Source: Octopus vulgaris (lineage: Eukaryota). Taken from it: 64,000 nt of DNA. Positions 13,860-27,576 of the stretch are shown here, one piece after another. The translations under genes were made by a program, and so were the position numbers. Location: positions 31,868,001-31,932,000 of the forward strand of contig OX597815.1 of assembly GCA_951406725.2 (NCBI GenBank), in the 5' to 3' direction. Every line of letters starts with the position of its first letter. Within the stretch, counting starts at the first letter, position 1. The notes beneath the pieces were generated by a model. The model did not search any database. It was not told the origin of the DNA and saw only the letters and a program-made list of their open reading frames with translations.

Positions 13860-14500
13860 GAGTAAAGCACTTCATTTCATTTTGGAATGTCTCAGTGAAA
13901 ACCTCAATAAAATGTAAGCACAACAGACCTGATATAACGATTAGGGATAAAGAAGAGAAACTGTGTACAGTTGTGGAAATTAGCTGCCCAGCATATGTTA
14001 ACATAAAGCTGAAGATCTTGGAAAAAGAAAATACCTATGCTGAACTATTGAGAAATCTGCAGTTGCTCCATCCAGATTACAAGTTCAGGTTTATACCTGT
14101 AATTATTGGGGTCCTGGGATATGTAATTCACTACCTAAATACAAATCTTGAGAAATAAGGCTCCTCTAAACCAGAAAGGAGAAAGCTAATTTGAAGACTA
14201 CAGATCCAATCCAGCACTGGAACTGTAAAAAAATCTGTAAAACTTTCCAGAAGTTTATCATTCAAATATATATGAGCATGTCTTGATATGCAAATATATA
14301 CATGTGAATACATACATAAAACAAAACATACAAATCTGCACATATACATACATACATACATACATACATACATACATACATACATACATACATACATACA
14401 TACATACAAAAATACCCTGTTGTTGATGTTGAAATTCCGATGAAGTAGTCTTAGATCTAGGTTAGATACCAGCTCTTTCTCTAAATCTTGAAATAAAATT
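13860..14500 (+). mobile_element. R4/Dong-like non-LTR retrotransposon 3' relic (restriction-like endonuclease domain)
   Basis: WNVSVKTSIKCKHNRPDITIRDKEEKLCTVVEISCP...KENTYAEL...FIPVIIGVLG: RPD..E..K..Y REL motif with in-frame stops, followed by (TACA)n. Confidence 0.8.
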
Positions 14501-14883
14501 GCATAATGACATACATACATACATACATACATACATACATACATTTATTCATTCATTCATTCATTTATATCTTTCACCACATATGCCAAAAATGAAGAAC
14601 TCATGCTCTGAGAAAAAAATTCCATTGAGTTGCATAAGATCTCTTCTCAGTCTCACCATAAGAAATCAGTAATTCGCTCGTTAGATACCTTTTGTTGACA
14701 ACTGAAATAATTGATTAGAAAACTTGGTTTTTCTAACTTCAATACTTTCTGAACTTGTCATCCTCTGGGCTGCTCCAGAGTCAATAAAATATAGTGCTAA
14801 TCAAGAATTGGATGTATCTATCTATCTATCTATCTGTCTGTCTGTCTCTCTGTCTGTCTGTCTGTCTGCCTGCCTCTCTCTCT

Positions 14884-14915
<32 letters not shown>

Positions 14916-14919
14916 TTCA

Positions 14920-14959
<40 letters not shown>

Positions 14960-15133
14960 CAAAATCATCATCATCTGTTTTCCATGATAGCATGGGTTGG
15001 ACGGCTTGACTGGGGTCTGGGAAGCCAGGAGGCTGCACCAGGCTCCAGTCTGACCTGGCAGTGTTTCTACAGCTGAATGCCCTTCCTAATGCCAACCACT
15101 CCGTATTATATGATATATCTTAAATATACATAC

Positions 15134-15590
<457 letters not shown>

Positions 15591-15609
15591 AATAAAATAC
15601 ATCTTAGAC

Positions 15610-15900
15610 ATGAATGGTGTTAGAACAGGAAAGTAAGTTCCCCTGTTTTCTGTCCCAGATGATTATATCGAATGAGTTGCATTTCCATTTGATTGAAGTT
15701 TTGATTGGAATATTCTTTGTGTTGAAATCTATAGACAGTCTACATCAGTGGAATTGCCACAGGGTAATCAATCATTCCTACAGATGGTTTTGTATATTCT
15801 TTATGCAAAAACATTGTACCATAGAGCAAAGGGGTTTCATATTTTGATGGCATTTTGGAACAGCTGGTGATTGTGTTTCTTTCACAGAAATGCAGCTCAG
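15610..15900 (-). mobile_element. Degenerate R4/Dong-like LINE fragment
   Basis: Minus frame NIPIKTSIKWKCNSFDIIIWDRKQGNL aligns by eye with WNVSVKTSIKCKHNRPDITIRDKEEKL of the 13.9-kb relic. Confidence 0.55.
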
Positions 15901-15923
15901 CTACATCATATGTATGTTTGTAT

Positions 15924-15972
<49 letters not shown>

Positions 15973-16189
15973 TTCATACACATACCTTTGAGCAGTGGAA
16001 CAGGTTAGGTATATACCCTTAAGATTTTGTTTCATATGCACACACACACACACATATGTATATGTATATGTGTATGAATGTATATATGTATGTATATATA
16101 TTCGTTATAATGTGCTTCTTTTGTAAAAATTATTATAAAATATTAATAAATACAATATCAAGTGATGTATATGTAGTTCATCCTTCAGG

Positions 16190-16222
<33 letters not shown>

Positions 16223-16450
16223 CATATATGTATGTATGTATGTATGTATATATATTTATGTATGTATATGTATTTATGTATGTGTATATATGTATTCATG
16301 TGTCTATTTATGTCTGTATATATATGTATTTATGTATGTGTATATATGTATTTATGTATGTGTATTTATGTATGTATATATGTATTTATGTATGTGTGTA
16401 TATGTATGTATATGTATGCATGTATATGTATGTATGTATATGTTTGTACG

Positions 16451-16485
<35 letters not shown>

Positions 16486-16496
16486 TTATATATATA

Positions 16497-16540
<44 letters not shown>

Positions 16541-16999
16541 CATGTTGGAAAGAAAGAGAGAACAAGCAAGTGAGAGAGAGAGAGAGAGAGACAGGTTGTA
16601 TGTAAGTGTGTGTGTGTGTGTGTTCTCTGAAAAGAGAAAACAATATAGTTAATTAGCACAAATAGCTTCTGGAATGGAAAAACAAAGGAATAATGAGGAT
16701 ACTTGTGCAGAAGAGGAGCCATCAGAAATCCTATGTTATGAGTGAGTCAGTGAGACAAGAGACGATAGATTTTATATTGTTTGTGAGTCAGCAACAAGGA
16801 GAAATGTCTCACTAAAATCTGATTAATCATTTAAAATCACTATTGTTTTTTGTTAAATGAAAAATTACGCACGTACACACACACACACACTGGCACATGT
16901 GCATGCACACACTCATATTCCAAGCTATATATATATATATATATATATATGATACACACATATATATATATTAAGAAAAACAGATCATTTATTGAAAAG

Positions 17000-17038
<39 letters not shown>

Positions 17039-17110
17039 TAGATAGATAGATAGATAGATATATGATACACACATATATATATTAAGAAAAACAGATCATT
17101 TATCGAAAAG

Positions 17111-17173
<63 letters not shown>

Positions 17174-19532
17174 GAAAGAGATAGACAGACAGACTGATAG
17201 CGATATATACATATATATGTATATGTACATACATGTATATATGTGTGTGTGTGTGTGTATATATATGTATTAGAAGAAATGAGGTACTCAGAAAATCGGA
17301 TGGTATATATATGTATGTATATATGTATGTATGTATGTATGTATGTGTGTGTGTGTGTATGTACATATGTATGTTTGCATGCACGTATGCATTGGCATCA
17401 GTGTATCTGATTTCAAATTTACACGTATATTTCTCTCCCTATATTCTCTCTCCACCTCATTAATGATTACTGATTCATTATCTCTCTCTCCCTCTCTCTC
17501 TCTCTCTCTCCCACTCTCACTCTCCCACTCTCACTCTGTCTTTTTCTCTATCTCTCCCTATCTCTCCCCCCTCCCCCTCTCTCTCTCATCAATTCTCATA
17601 TAAATAACCTGTTAGAAAAATAATTTGCTGATCAGGAAAAATAATTTGCTGAACAACCCTTGTTCCAAATAAAACCCCCTCTTTTTTCCTTTTTCTTTTT
17701 ATAAATCTGTAAAATATTTCTTTTCTTTTTATTTTGTTTTAATGAAATTTAGTAATCATAACAAGAGCCTTTATTATTTAATTAATTAATTATGTATGTA
17801 TGTGTGCATGTATGTATGACCATAACTATGTATGTGTCTATCTATGTATGTGTGTGTATATGTGTGTATATATGTATGTGTAGTATATATCTACGTATGT
17901 ATGGGAGTGTGTTTGTGTTTGTGTGTGTGTAAGTGCGTGTGTATACATATCTTTATATGTATGTGTGTAGTAGTGCATTATGTATGTATACATGCATGCA
18001 TGTGTGTATGAATGCATACTTGCATGCATGTGCATGTATGTATGTATGCCTGCTTGTGTATGTATGTATCCATGTATGTATGTACATATGCATAAATTTA
18101 TGTATGTGTGCATATGTGTGAATGTATGTATGCATGTATGCATTTAGTGTGTGTGTATGTATTTATACATGTGTGTATGTAGGCTTCTATGTGTGTTCAA
18201 ATATTTAATTAAAATGTTGGAATGCAAAACACACTCCCATGCATACCCATGGTGCACTTGTGTGTATGTGCAGTGTACCTGTGTGTATGTCTTTTACTTG
18301 TTTCAGTCACTTGACTGCAGCCATGCTGGAGCACCACCTTTAGTCGAGCAAACTGACCCCAGGACTTATTCGTTGTAAGCCTAGTACTTACTCTATCAGT
18401 CTCTTTTGCCGAACCACTAAGTTACAGGGATGGAAACACATCAGCATTGGTTGTCAAGCAAAGTTGAGGGACAAGCCCAGATGCACAAACATATACACAC
18501 ACACAAACACAAACACACACACATATATATACATATATATATACAATGTATATACATATATATGTGCTCAGTTGTTGCTGCTCATTCCCAAGTCAGCCCT
18601 GATCAAGCAGAGCTATGATCAAAATCATTCCAACCATGGCCATATCATCTATTCCATACACGCAGGGAAATCAGGACCATAATTTACATGCTCTTTTCCA
18701 AAATAATGGGGTATACTTTTGAGGGGATTTGGTTGTTGTTTCTCATAGGTTGAACAACCTCATAGAGGCTTGTGTTTAGTTAATTCAGTTGAGTATGGGA
18801 GAGGAGGATGCCTTCACTTATCCATGTGTATGTATGTGTGTATTTGTGTGTGTGTGTGTGTGAGAGTGTATAGTCAATGTACTAAAATGTTGAGTGAATA
18901 ACACACACACATGCAAGAATATATATGGATGTAAATGTTTACATGTTTGTGTGTGTGTATAGAGTCAATGCAGGAAATATAGAAGTGGATGACACTCATA
19001 CGCAAATACTATTATGGTCATGCATGTGTATGTGCATGAAGGAGAAAGAGAGAGAGTGTGTTTGTATGCATGTGTGAATGCGTATGCGTGTGTTTATGAT
19101 TACTATTATATCAGCAATAATGTATCAGAAAATTTACTGTATATACCAAATTCTAAACAGCCAAAAGAATTTTTTTTTTATTATTGACATAAGAAGATAT
19201 TGTTTTTCTCATTATTTCAGAAAACTCTCAATGATTCATAGAATCAAAAACCAATGATGATTTATTGAATTTATAAACATCCTTTTCTCCTTTATTCATT
19301 TTTATTCATTGTTATTAAGGTGGCGAGCTGGCAGAATCATTAGCATGCTGGGTGAAATACTTAGCAGCATTTCATCTATCTTTACGTTCTGAGTTCAAGT
19401 TCTGCCATGGTCAATTTTGCCTTTCATCCTTTTGGGGTTGATAGATTAAGTACCAGTGAAACATTGGGGGTCAATGTAATCAACTAGTCCCCTCTTTGCA
19501 AATTTCAGGCCTTGTGCCATTAGTAGAAAGGA

Positions 19533-19596
<64 letters not shown>

Positions 19597-19600
<4 letters not shown>

Positions 19601-19951
19601 GCCTCCACCATAGTGAAGGCAGAGGTATTGTTTTCAGTTATGTTTGTTTGTTTGTTTGTCTTTGGACAAGATATCTCAAGAACCATTGGATGGATTCAGG
19701 TGAAACTTTCTGGGATGTTTGGCCTCATGACTGGCATGAACTGATTAGAATTTGGGATCAATCAAGGATTCAGGATTATATTTCCTGCTTTTTTACTTAA
19801 TTTTTTAGAGTGGTCGGATTCATTTTTTAGTATTCTTGTTTGTGAGAGCAGTTTATTTCAGATATTCTTATTTTAAAAATCATCTCTAACTAACTATTGA
19901 GAGGACATTGGTGTTGCCTTGGTGGAGGTTTGCGCTCTCTGAGTGCTCGTT
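19597..19951 (+). mobile_element. Helentron/DINE-1-like non-autonomous element (HINE)
   Basis: Sub-terminal inverted repeats CCTCCACCA (19602) / TGGTGGAGG (~19920), (GTTT)n microsatellite after the 5' end, 3' hairpin GCGCTC-TCT-GAGTGC, T-rich insertion site. Confidence 0.65.
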
Positions 19952-19981
19952 ATTATATTGTATTTATTATTATCTTTTCAG

Positions 19982-20189
19982 CCATGTAATCCAAGACATC
20001 CTGACTTTTCAACAAGCAAAAAGCTCTGCGAGAAAGAGGGCATTAATGATACATTGACCAGATTCCGCTGGCGTGTCTCTGCTCCAAGACACCCTGATGA
20101 TGCTCCTAGTGGTTTAAGTAATGTTGAAGCCAACACTTTCTTCACATCCACAAAAGGAATCACGTTAGACAGTATATACTTTGGACCAG
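19982..20189 (+). CDS. FREM2: FREM2-like exon
   Basis: ttttcag| ... |gtaaaa, phase 0-1. PCNPRHPDF...INDTLTRFRWRVSAP...TFFTSTKGITLDSIYFGP (lies within ORF 19943-20353). Confidence 0.93.
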
Positions 20190-20242
20190 GTAAAATGGAT
20201 TTTTCTATCAAGAGATATATTGAAATTCTGCCTTATCTAAAA

Positions 20243-20499
20243 CAGTGTTTCTCAACAATTTTTTTGCCTATAGGACCTTTTGATTCCTATTTTACTTTAC
20301 TGGACCCTCATAGACATTTGACGTTTAAAAAATGTCCCGTTATATTTTTATAATTAAATGACATTACAAACTGTATAAAAAAAATTGTTGAAATATTTTG
20401 TGTAATGTAAAAGTACTACCAACTTATTGCACATAAATATTAGCAGCAAAATCTTATGTAGAGCCTCATGGGCCATATGGACCCAGTTGTGAACCACTG
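20243..20499. mobile_element. hAT (Charlie-like) MITE
   Basis: TIRs CAGTGTTTCTCAAC / GTTGTGAACCACTG. Perfect 8-bp TSD ATCTAAAA at 20235-20242 and 20500-20507. A decayed relative lies at ~3880-4085. Confidence 0.88.
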
Positions 20500-21300
20500 A
20501 TCTAAAATATTACCATTAACAAATGTTATAATTTAAGTCTCTTTAAGTCAAAACATAAACCTTTCTTTCATTATATATATATATAATTTCCATTTAAATT
20601 GAATATATAAACTAAAGCAAAGGTGTGACTGAGTGGTCAGAAACTGGCTTCCCAAGCACATGGTTCCAGGTTCAGTCCTACTGTGTAATACCTTGAGCAA
20701 ATATCTTTTAGTATAACCTTGGACCAACCAAAGTCTTGTGAGTTGATTTGATAGACAGAAACTGAAAGAAGCCCATCATATATATATATATTCTTTTATT
20801 CTTTTTCTTGTTTCAGTCATTTAACTGTAGCCATGCTGGAGGACCACCTTTAGTTGAACAAATCAACCCCAGGATTTATTCTTTAGAGGTCTAGTACTTA
20901 TTCTATCAGTCTCTTTTGTTGGACCGCTAAGTTATGGTGTCAGTGTGTTTATGTCCCTGTAACTTAACAGTTCGGCAAAAGAGATCAATAGAATAAGTAC
21001 TAGGCTTAAAACATAAGTCCCAGGATCGATTTATTTGACTAAAAGCCTTCAAGACAGTACCCCAGCATGGCCACAGTCAAATGACTGAAACAAGTAAAAA
21101 AAAAATGATAAGTCTGGCCTCTATCACATTTGCAGCTACCCTTCTCAATCTCAATATCTTGTGATATCAAAGAGGCTGATGTTGATGATGAAATGGGGTT
21201 TAATTGTCTCCTCTCTATCCCCAATTCTGTTTCTTTCACAAAAGTTAGAAAAACACAATTTGAAACCTTTTTTTTTTTTTTGTTTTCTGTGGTTTTTCAG

Positions 21301-21465
21301 GCAGTGAAGTTCAGTGCGGCGCTCGAGCTGTCAATGTAGATGGTGACCCTGGTTTGGAACTCTTAAGTTCCCCAACTACTATCAGTTCAGGCAAAGGACT
21401 CTGCAAACCTCAGAATGCCAATTCTCTGGATTTTGAACCCTTCTCTGCAAAACTAAGATACATCA
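21301..21465 (+). CDS. FREM2: FREM2-like exon
   Basis: tttttcag| ... |gtaagt, phase 1-1. SEVQCGARAVNVDGDPGLELLSSPTTISSGKGLCKP...EPFSAKLRYI. Confidence 0.93.
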
Positions 21466-21588
21466 GTAAGTTGTTGAACAAGATTTTTTTTTTAAATTTT
21501 CTTATACACTGTCAAAGTGAAGTTTTTGTTATTTAAATGTGACACACATAACAGCTATGTATGTAATTGTGTATGTGTGTTTGTGTGA

Positions 21589-21628
<40 letters not shown>

Positions 21629-22544
21629 ATTTGAGCATACACACACTCACAGTGTCATCTATCTTTACTTGACTTATTGCTGTTTTCTATCCCCTTGGCC
21701 CTTTTCTCATGAGTTGTAGTGTCCAAAAACCACTATATACAACAAGCTCATTCCATCCTTATATTCAAATTCTGCTGAGGTCGACTTGGCCTTTCATCTT
21801 TTCAAGCTCAATTAAATAAGATTCAGTTACACACTGGGGTCAATGTACTTGACTTAACCCCTCCCACCAAATTTCAGGCTTTGAGCCTATAGTAGACAGG
21901 ATTATTATTATCAATAAATTATTTTTGTTTCTTTACTACCCACAAGGGGCTAAACACAGAGAGGACAAACAAGGACAGACAAATGGATTAAGTCGATTAT
22001 ATCGACCCCAGTATGTAACTGGTACTTAATTTATCAACCCCAAAAAGATGAAAGGGAAAGTCAACCTCGGCAGAATTTGAACTCAGAACATAACGGCAGA
22101 CGAAACATGGCTACGCATTTCGCCCGACGTGTTAACGTTTCTGCCAGCTCACCGCCCTTGTGGGGGTCCCTTTGTGGACCCCAACAAGACTGGTGAGATT
22201 AGTGTGACCATTTCCCAGCTTGAATATCTACCAGTCAACATCTGCAAGAAAATATAGGCAGGGTGGGAATTAAGTCCTCATTTGAATACTTACAACAGAG
22301 CAACTCTGCTAAAGTCATCCAATAACTAGATTCTAAATTTAAACCTGACAACACTACATTTATGACCAAAACAAGACGACTACCATATTTCGTATTTCAT
22401 GACACACATACAGCCCTTCACCCACATTTTATGATCAATTATTTCATGATAACTTTACGTTTTGTGATCTGCACTAGGATTCCTCTTCATTTTGTGACTT
22501 ACTCCAAAATTGGCCAATATTTATAGATAATATTTCATATAATA

Positions 22545-22960
22545 GGCATAGGAGAGGCTGTGTGGTAAGTAGCTTGTTTACGAACCACATGGTTCCGGGT
22601 TCAGTCCCACTGCATGGCACCTTGGGCAAGTGTCTTCTACTATAGCCTCGGGTCGACCAAAGCCTTGTGAGTGGATTTGGTAGACGGAAACTGAAAGAAG
22701 CCCGTCATATATATGTATATATATATACGTGTGTGTGTGTGTATATGTTTGTGTGTCTGTGTTTGTCCCCCACAACATCGCTTGACAACCGATGCTGGTG
22801 TGTTTACGTCACCATAACTTAGCAGTTCGGCAAAAAAGCGACCGATAGAATAAGTACTAGGCTTACAAAGAATAAGTCCTGGGGTCGATTTGCTCGACTA
22901 AAGGCGGTGCTCCAGCATGGCCACATTCAAATGACTGAAACAAGTAAAATAGTAAAATAG
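22545..22960 (+). mobile_element. tRNA-derived CORE-like SINE with internal (TA)n/(TG)n microsatellite
   Basis: Head GGCATAGGAG(A/T)GGCTGTGTGGTAAG...GGTTCAGTCCC, CORE-like CCTTGGGCAAGTGTCTT, internal microsatellite, tail GACTGAAACAAGTAAAA. Closely similar copies at 62006-62460 and 63695-64000. Confidence 0.88.
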
Positions 22961-23136
22961 TAGTAATAGTATAAAGAACCAGTAAATGGAAAATATATAG
23001 ACTCCAGCCTATTACTTCAAACATTGACAAAGTCACAATTTCTGCTAATATCAACAGAGTTACTTAGTTATTCAGACTTCAGAGTTACTTAGTTATTCAA
23101 TGTTCATATTAGATTTTAAAACTTTATCATTACCAG

Positions 23137-23431
23137 GCTCTCAGGATTCTGTTTATGCCAACAAGATACAAATTACAGTCACTGTTCCACATCAAGATGG
23201 GATGCTACCAGCAATTTCAACAAGACATTTATCCAATTTTGAACTTATTCTCAGCCCGGATGGAACCAGAATTGGTCAGCATCGATGCTCAAACCTTTTG
23301 GACTATAATGAAATACAAACTAATTTTGGATTTATTAGCAACCAGACACGGAGTGTCCATAATATAAAAGAGATAGAACCATACCAGTTTAATGGCAAAC
23401 TAAGAGGAAAATCTGCTCTTCGATTCTACAG
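23137..23431 (+). CDS. FREM2: FREM2-like exon
   Basis: taccag| ... |gttggt, phase 1-2. ...[45 protein letters not shown]...LRFYR. Confidence 0.93.
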
Positions 23432-24697
23432 GTTGGTTCCATTTTTCTGTGTAATTATGTATGTATGTGCACTTATCATCATCATCATCATCATTTAACG
23501 TCCGTTTTCCATGCTAGCATGGGTTGGACGGTTTTGACTGAGGGCTGGCAACCAGATGGCTCCACCAGTCTCCAGTCTTGATCTGGCAGAGTTTTTACAG
23601 CTGGATGCCCTTCCTAACGCCAACCACTCCGAGAGTTTAGTGGGTGCTTTTTTTACATGCCACCTGCATGGGGGCCAGTCAGGCAGTACTGGCAATGACC
23701 GCGCTCAAATCTTTTTACACGTGCCACCGACACAGGTGCCAGTGAAGCGACATCATTTACATATATGAATATGTTGTGGCAGATATGAGGATGAGATGAA
23801 GACTACAGGAAATGGAGAGTAGTAGTAAACTCAAGGTTCAATTCTCAATTAAGCTCTTTCACTTCTTACTTCTTATACTCATTATGTCCTTCTGTAAGTA
23901 AAAATCAATATTATAGAGATACATCAAACCCAACAGGATGGATATACTTGATATACAGGTTGAATGAATCTTTTAGTGGTGATGCATCAAATTATGCTTT
24001 CATTTCCATATGTTTATAATAATATATACATATTTAAAATATATGAATCTTGAATATAATATAGCATACAGTATAATAAATATTGCATTTTATAATTAAT
24101 GTTATATCAAAAAACCACAATTCTTATTAAATACAGCTACCTTGGGTTTCCTCGTAGAAACAATAATTTATTTTTAAAATATTATATCTGTATAATCATC
24201 ATCATCATCATCATCGTCATTTAACATCCATTGTCTATGCTGGCATGGGTAGAACGGTTTGACCAGGGCTGGTAAGCTAAGGGGCTGCACCAGATTCTAG
24301 TCTGATTTGGCATGGTTTTCTATGGCTGGATGCCCTTCCTAATACCAATCACTCCAAGAATGTAATGGGTGCATTTGCATGCCACCAGCACGGGCACCAG
24401 TTGTGTGACACCAGTATTTGCCATGACTACAATTTCACCTAGCTTGATGGGTTTTCTTCTCAAGCACTGTATATTGCCAAAGGTCTCAGACATTTATCAT
24501 TGAGTACATTTACACAACATATATTAAATATAAAAATATAATAAGGGTTAAATACTAAGAAAAAGAAATCAGTAGAGCTAGAGGCTAAACATCGGCAGCA
24601 TTTATTAAAGCTCTATTTACATTATGAATTCAAACTTGCTAAATTCATTGAAATAATGCATTCATGTTGTTCTTTTATTTCTAAATTTTACTTTCAG

Positions 24698-24797
24698 AAA
24701 CCTAAATTTGGAGACATGTCTTTGGGAATTCACCAGTTATTATGCAATGTCTGAATTAATCACTATCTGTTCTGGTGAAATATCCTCTGATAATGAA
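24698..24797 (+). CDS. FREM2: FREM2-like exon
   Basis: ctttcag| ... |gtaagt, phase 2-0. NLNLETCLWEFTSYYAMSELITICSGEISSDNE. Confidence 0.92.
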
Positions 24798-24871
24798 GTA
24801 AGTAATGTGAAACTTTATCTTTCTGTCTACATACAGATACATACATACATACATACATACATACATACACA

Positions 24872-24910
<39 letters not shown>

Positions 24911-27115
24911 ACACACATACATGCATGCCTTATGAGATGAAAATTGTGTGGAAGCCTGTCATATCATCATCATCATCATCAAAGGGTTTAAGTTGATTAC
25001 ATCGACCCCAGTGCGTAACTGGTACTATTTCAATCGACCCTGAACAGATGAAGGGCTAAGTCGACCTCAGCAGAATTTGAACTCAGAACGTAGACAGACG
25101 AAATACCACTAAGCATTTCACCTGGTGTGCTAACGTTTCTGCCATATATATATATATATATGTATACCAGCAGCAAGCAACACTGTAGTAAGATCTATTT
25201 TCAATACTTGCTTGGGTTTGATGGGTCATCATAGACTGCATTAGTTCTTATTTGGAGTTACTCCCTGCTGAGATGTGTAGGAATCACAGCTCATTCATAT
25301 ATTCTATTTTTGGCATAATCCCTAAGGCTGGATGCCCTTCCTAACAGCAACCACTTTACAGAGAGTATTGAGTGCATTTTATCATGGTACCTGTGATAGA
25401 GAGATTGTCTTGTTGTTTGCAAGACCAAAGGATCTTCTCTGCTCTAAATCATCTCCAGTCATTCACCATCTGTTTTGGAGAGTGTAGTGGGTGGATACTA
25501 TCATGACACCAGCATTAGAGAGATTGCTTTACTCTTGGCAAGATTGAACAATCCCCTCTACTCTACATTATTTCAATTTATTCAAGGTAATATGACAGAA
25601 AGTGTAACTGGAAGGAAGAATGATGAAAGAGAAAGAACCAAGACAATAGGTTTGTAGGAGAGAGATTATAATAGAGGACAGGCAGAGAAACAGGAGAGAT
25701 AAGGAGATAGAAGAGATAGTAATGAAATAGAGAGCAGCTATATGTTGGTTGCTGGTAAGGAGGTGGAATACAAAAAAAGCAGGATTGGTGGGATAGAAGA
25801 GAAAGTAAAAGAAGTTGAACAGAGAGAGAGAGAGAGAGAGAGAAATGAATAATGTAATGAGTGATGGGGAAAATATAATGTAGAGAGTTATGGATAACAA
25901 TGAAGATGAGGGATGATAAGAGTGAGTCATATTGAAAGGATACAGTAATGATGGCAGGGAGTACAGAAATTCATCAGTTGTTGAGACAATACTGGATAAT
26001 TTCATTTTTATATTGTGTATAGCCTTTAGAATTAGAAGTATTCATTGCATGAAAATTGCAGAAACCTCTCATTAAAACATAAAATTAAACAATGAAAAAG
26101 ATTTTTAAAATATGTATCCCTATATAGAGCAGCAGGGTGGCACAACCTCCTGGGAACTGTAGAAAATGTTATATGGGTACCAGAGACAAAGGGAATAGTA
26201 GAAGACAATAGTTGTTTCTTTTAATTTGCCCTAATTTTCAAAATTATTTTCATGTATTGTTCTGTGTGTGATTCATCCGGCAATATTGCTACTGATGAAA
26301 ATCTTGTTTGAAATTCCATATATATTGATGAATATACTTATGTGCAAGTAGTTATTTAATGGTAATCAACCAGTCTGCAAAATTTTTTTCTTTTTTTTTC
26401 TTCTTTTTTTTTTTTTCTTTTTTATTTTTTTTTGTAGTATATTTAATTTGGTTGAATTGTAGCAATGGGGTCACAGAAAATGTGTTAGTAAAACAAAAAA
26501 AAAAAAGGGGGCGAGAGTTAAAATTCATTTGAAAATCCATGACGTTGAGTATTTAGGACAAGTTGACTGGGTGGAGCTGATCTCACTTCCATCTATACCC
26601 AGCTTTGAAAGTTAACAAAAATAAATACATCTATTCATTTCCTTTATGCTGGTTTATGGGGGTAAAGTCTACTCATTACAGCTTCAGCCTACTGAGAACA
26701 TAACTGTCCCAACTCCGGCACCTGCCACTACAGTAATTGAATAACAACCATCAAATTAAGGATAATAACTGCATTCTGTTTGGCTTGTATAGTTATTTAC
26801 TTTGGTTCTATTAAATACCAATTATAGAATGATGTGTTACTGCACTGTTGGCATTTCCAACTAATTTCCATTGGCACATCTTAATTACATTCATCTAACT
26901 CTTCCCGCACATTTTTCTAATTTTCCCCCTTTTTTCTCCCCCGCTTCCAGGCTGAATCAGTAAAGAGTTTAGCTTTTATTCTGTGACTGTTCCATTAAAG
27001 TATGTCACAGCACATTGAACTCTGTTGCTGCTCTCCAAGAAACATGCTTACGCTGCACATAAATTACTTTCTTGAGAGACAAGATAAAGAGACTGACAAT
27101 ACACTTTATAATGTG

Positions 27116-27159
<44 letters not shown>

Positions 27160-27576
27160 CTCTTTATTCTTTTACTTGTTTCAGTTATCTGACTGTGGCC
27201 ATGCTATAGCAACACCTTTTAGTCGAGCAAATCGACCCCAGGACTTATTGTTTGTAAACCTAGTATTTATTCTATCGGTCTCTTTTTCCTGAACCGCTAA
27301 GTTACGGGGATGTAAACACACCAGCATCGGTTGTCAAGCGATGTTGGGGGGACAAACACAGACACACAAACATTTACACACACACATACATATATATATA
27401 CATATATACTATACGACGGGCTTCTTTCAGATTCTGTCTACCAAATCCACTCACAAGGCTTTGGTCGGCCAGAGGCTATAGTAGGAGACACTTGCCCAAG
27501 GTGCCATGCAGTGGGACTGAAACCGGAACCATGTGGTTTGTAAGCAAGCTACTTACCACACAGCCACTCCTACGCC
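27160..27576 (-). mobile_element. SINE, same family as 22545-22960
   Basis: Reverse complement of the full element including the internal microsatellite. Further minus copies at ~800-1525 (interrupted), 11680-12045, 18292-18545, 48318-48773 and 53325-53535. Confidence 0.85.

Noticed and set aside
14430-14480. Possible hammerhead ribozyme (CCGATGAAG...stem...GATAC) in the LINE 3' UTR
   Set aside because: The catalytic CUGANGA and GAAA boxes are both imperfect in this copy, so it cannot be supported without a family consensus.
23055-23099. 20-bp direct repeat CAGAGTTACTTAGTTATTCA near an acceptor
   Set aside because: A small local duplication with a 5-bp spacer and no evidence of function.
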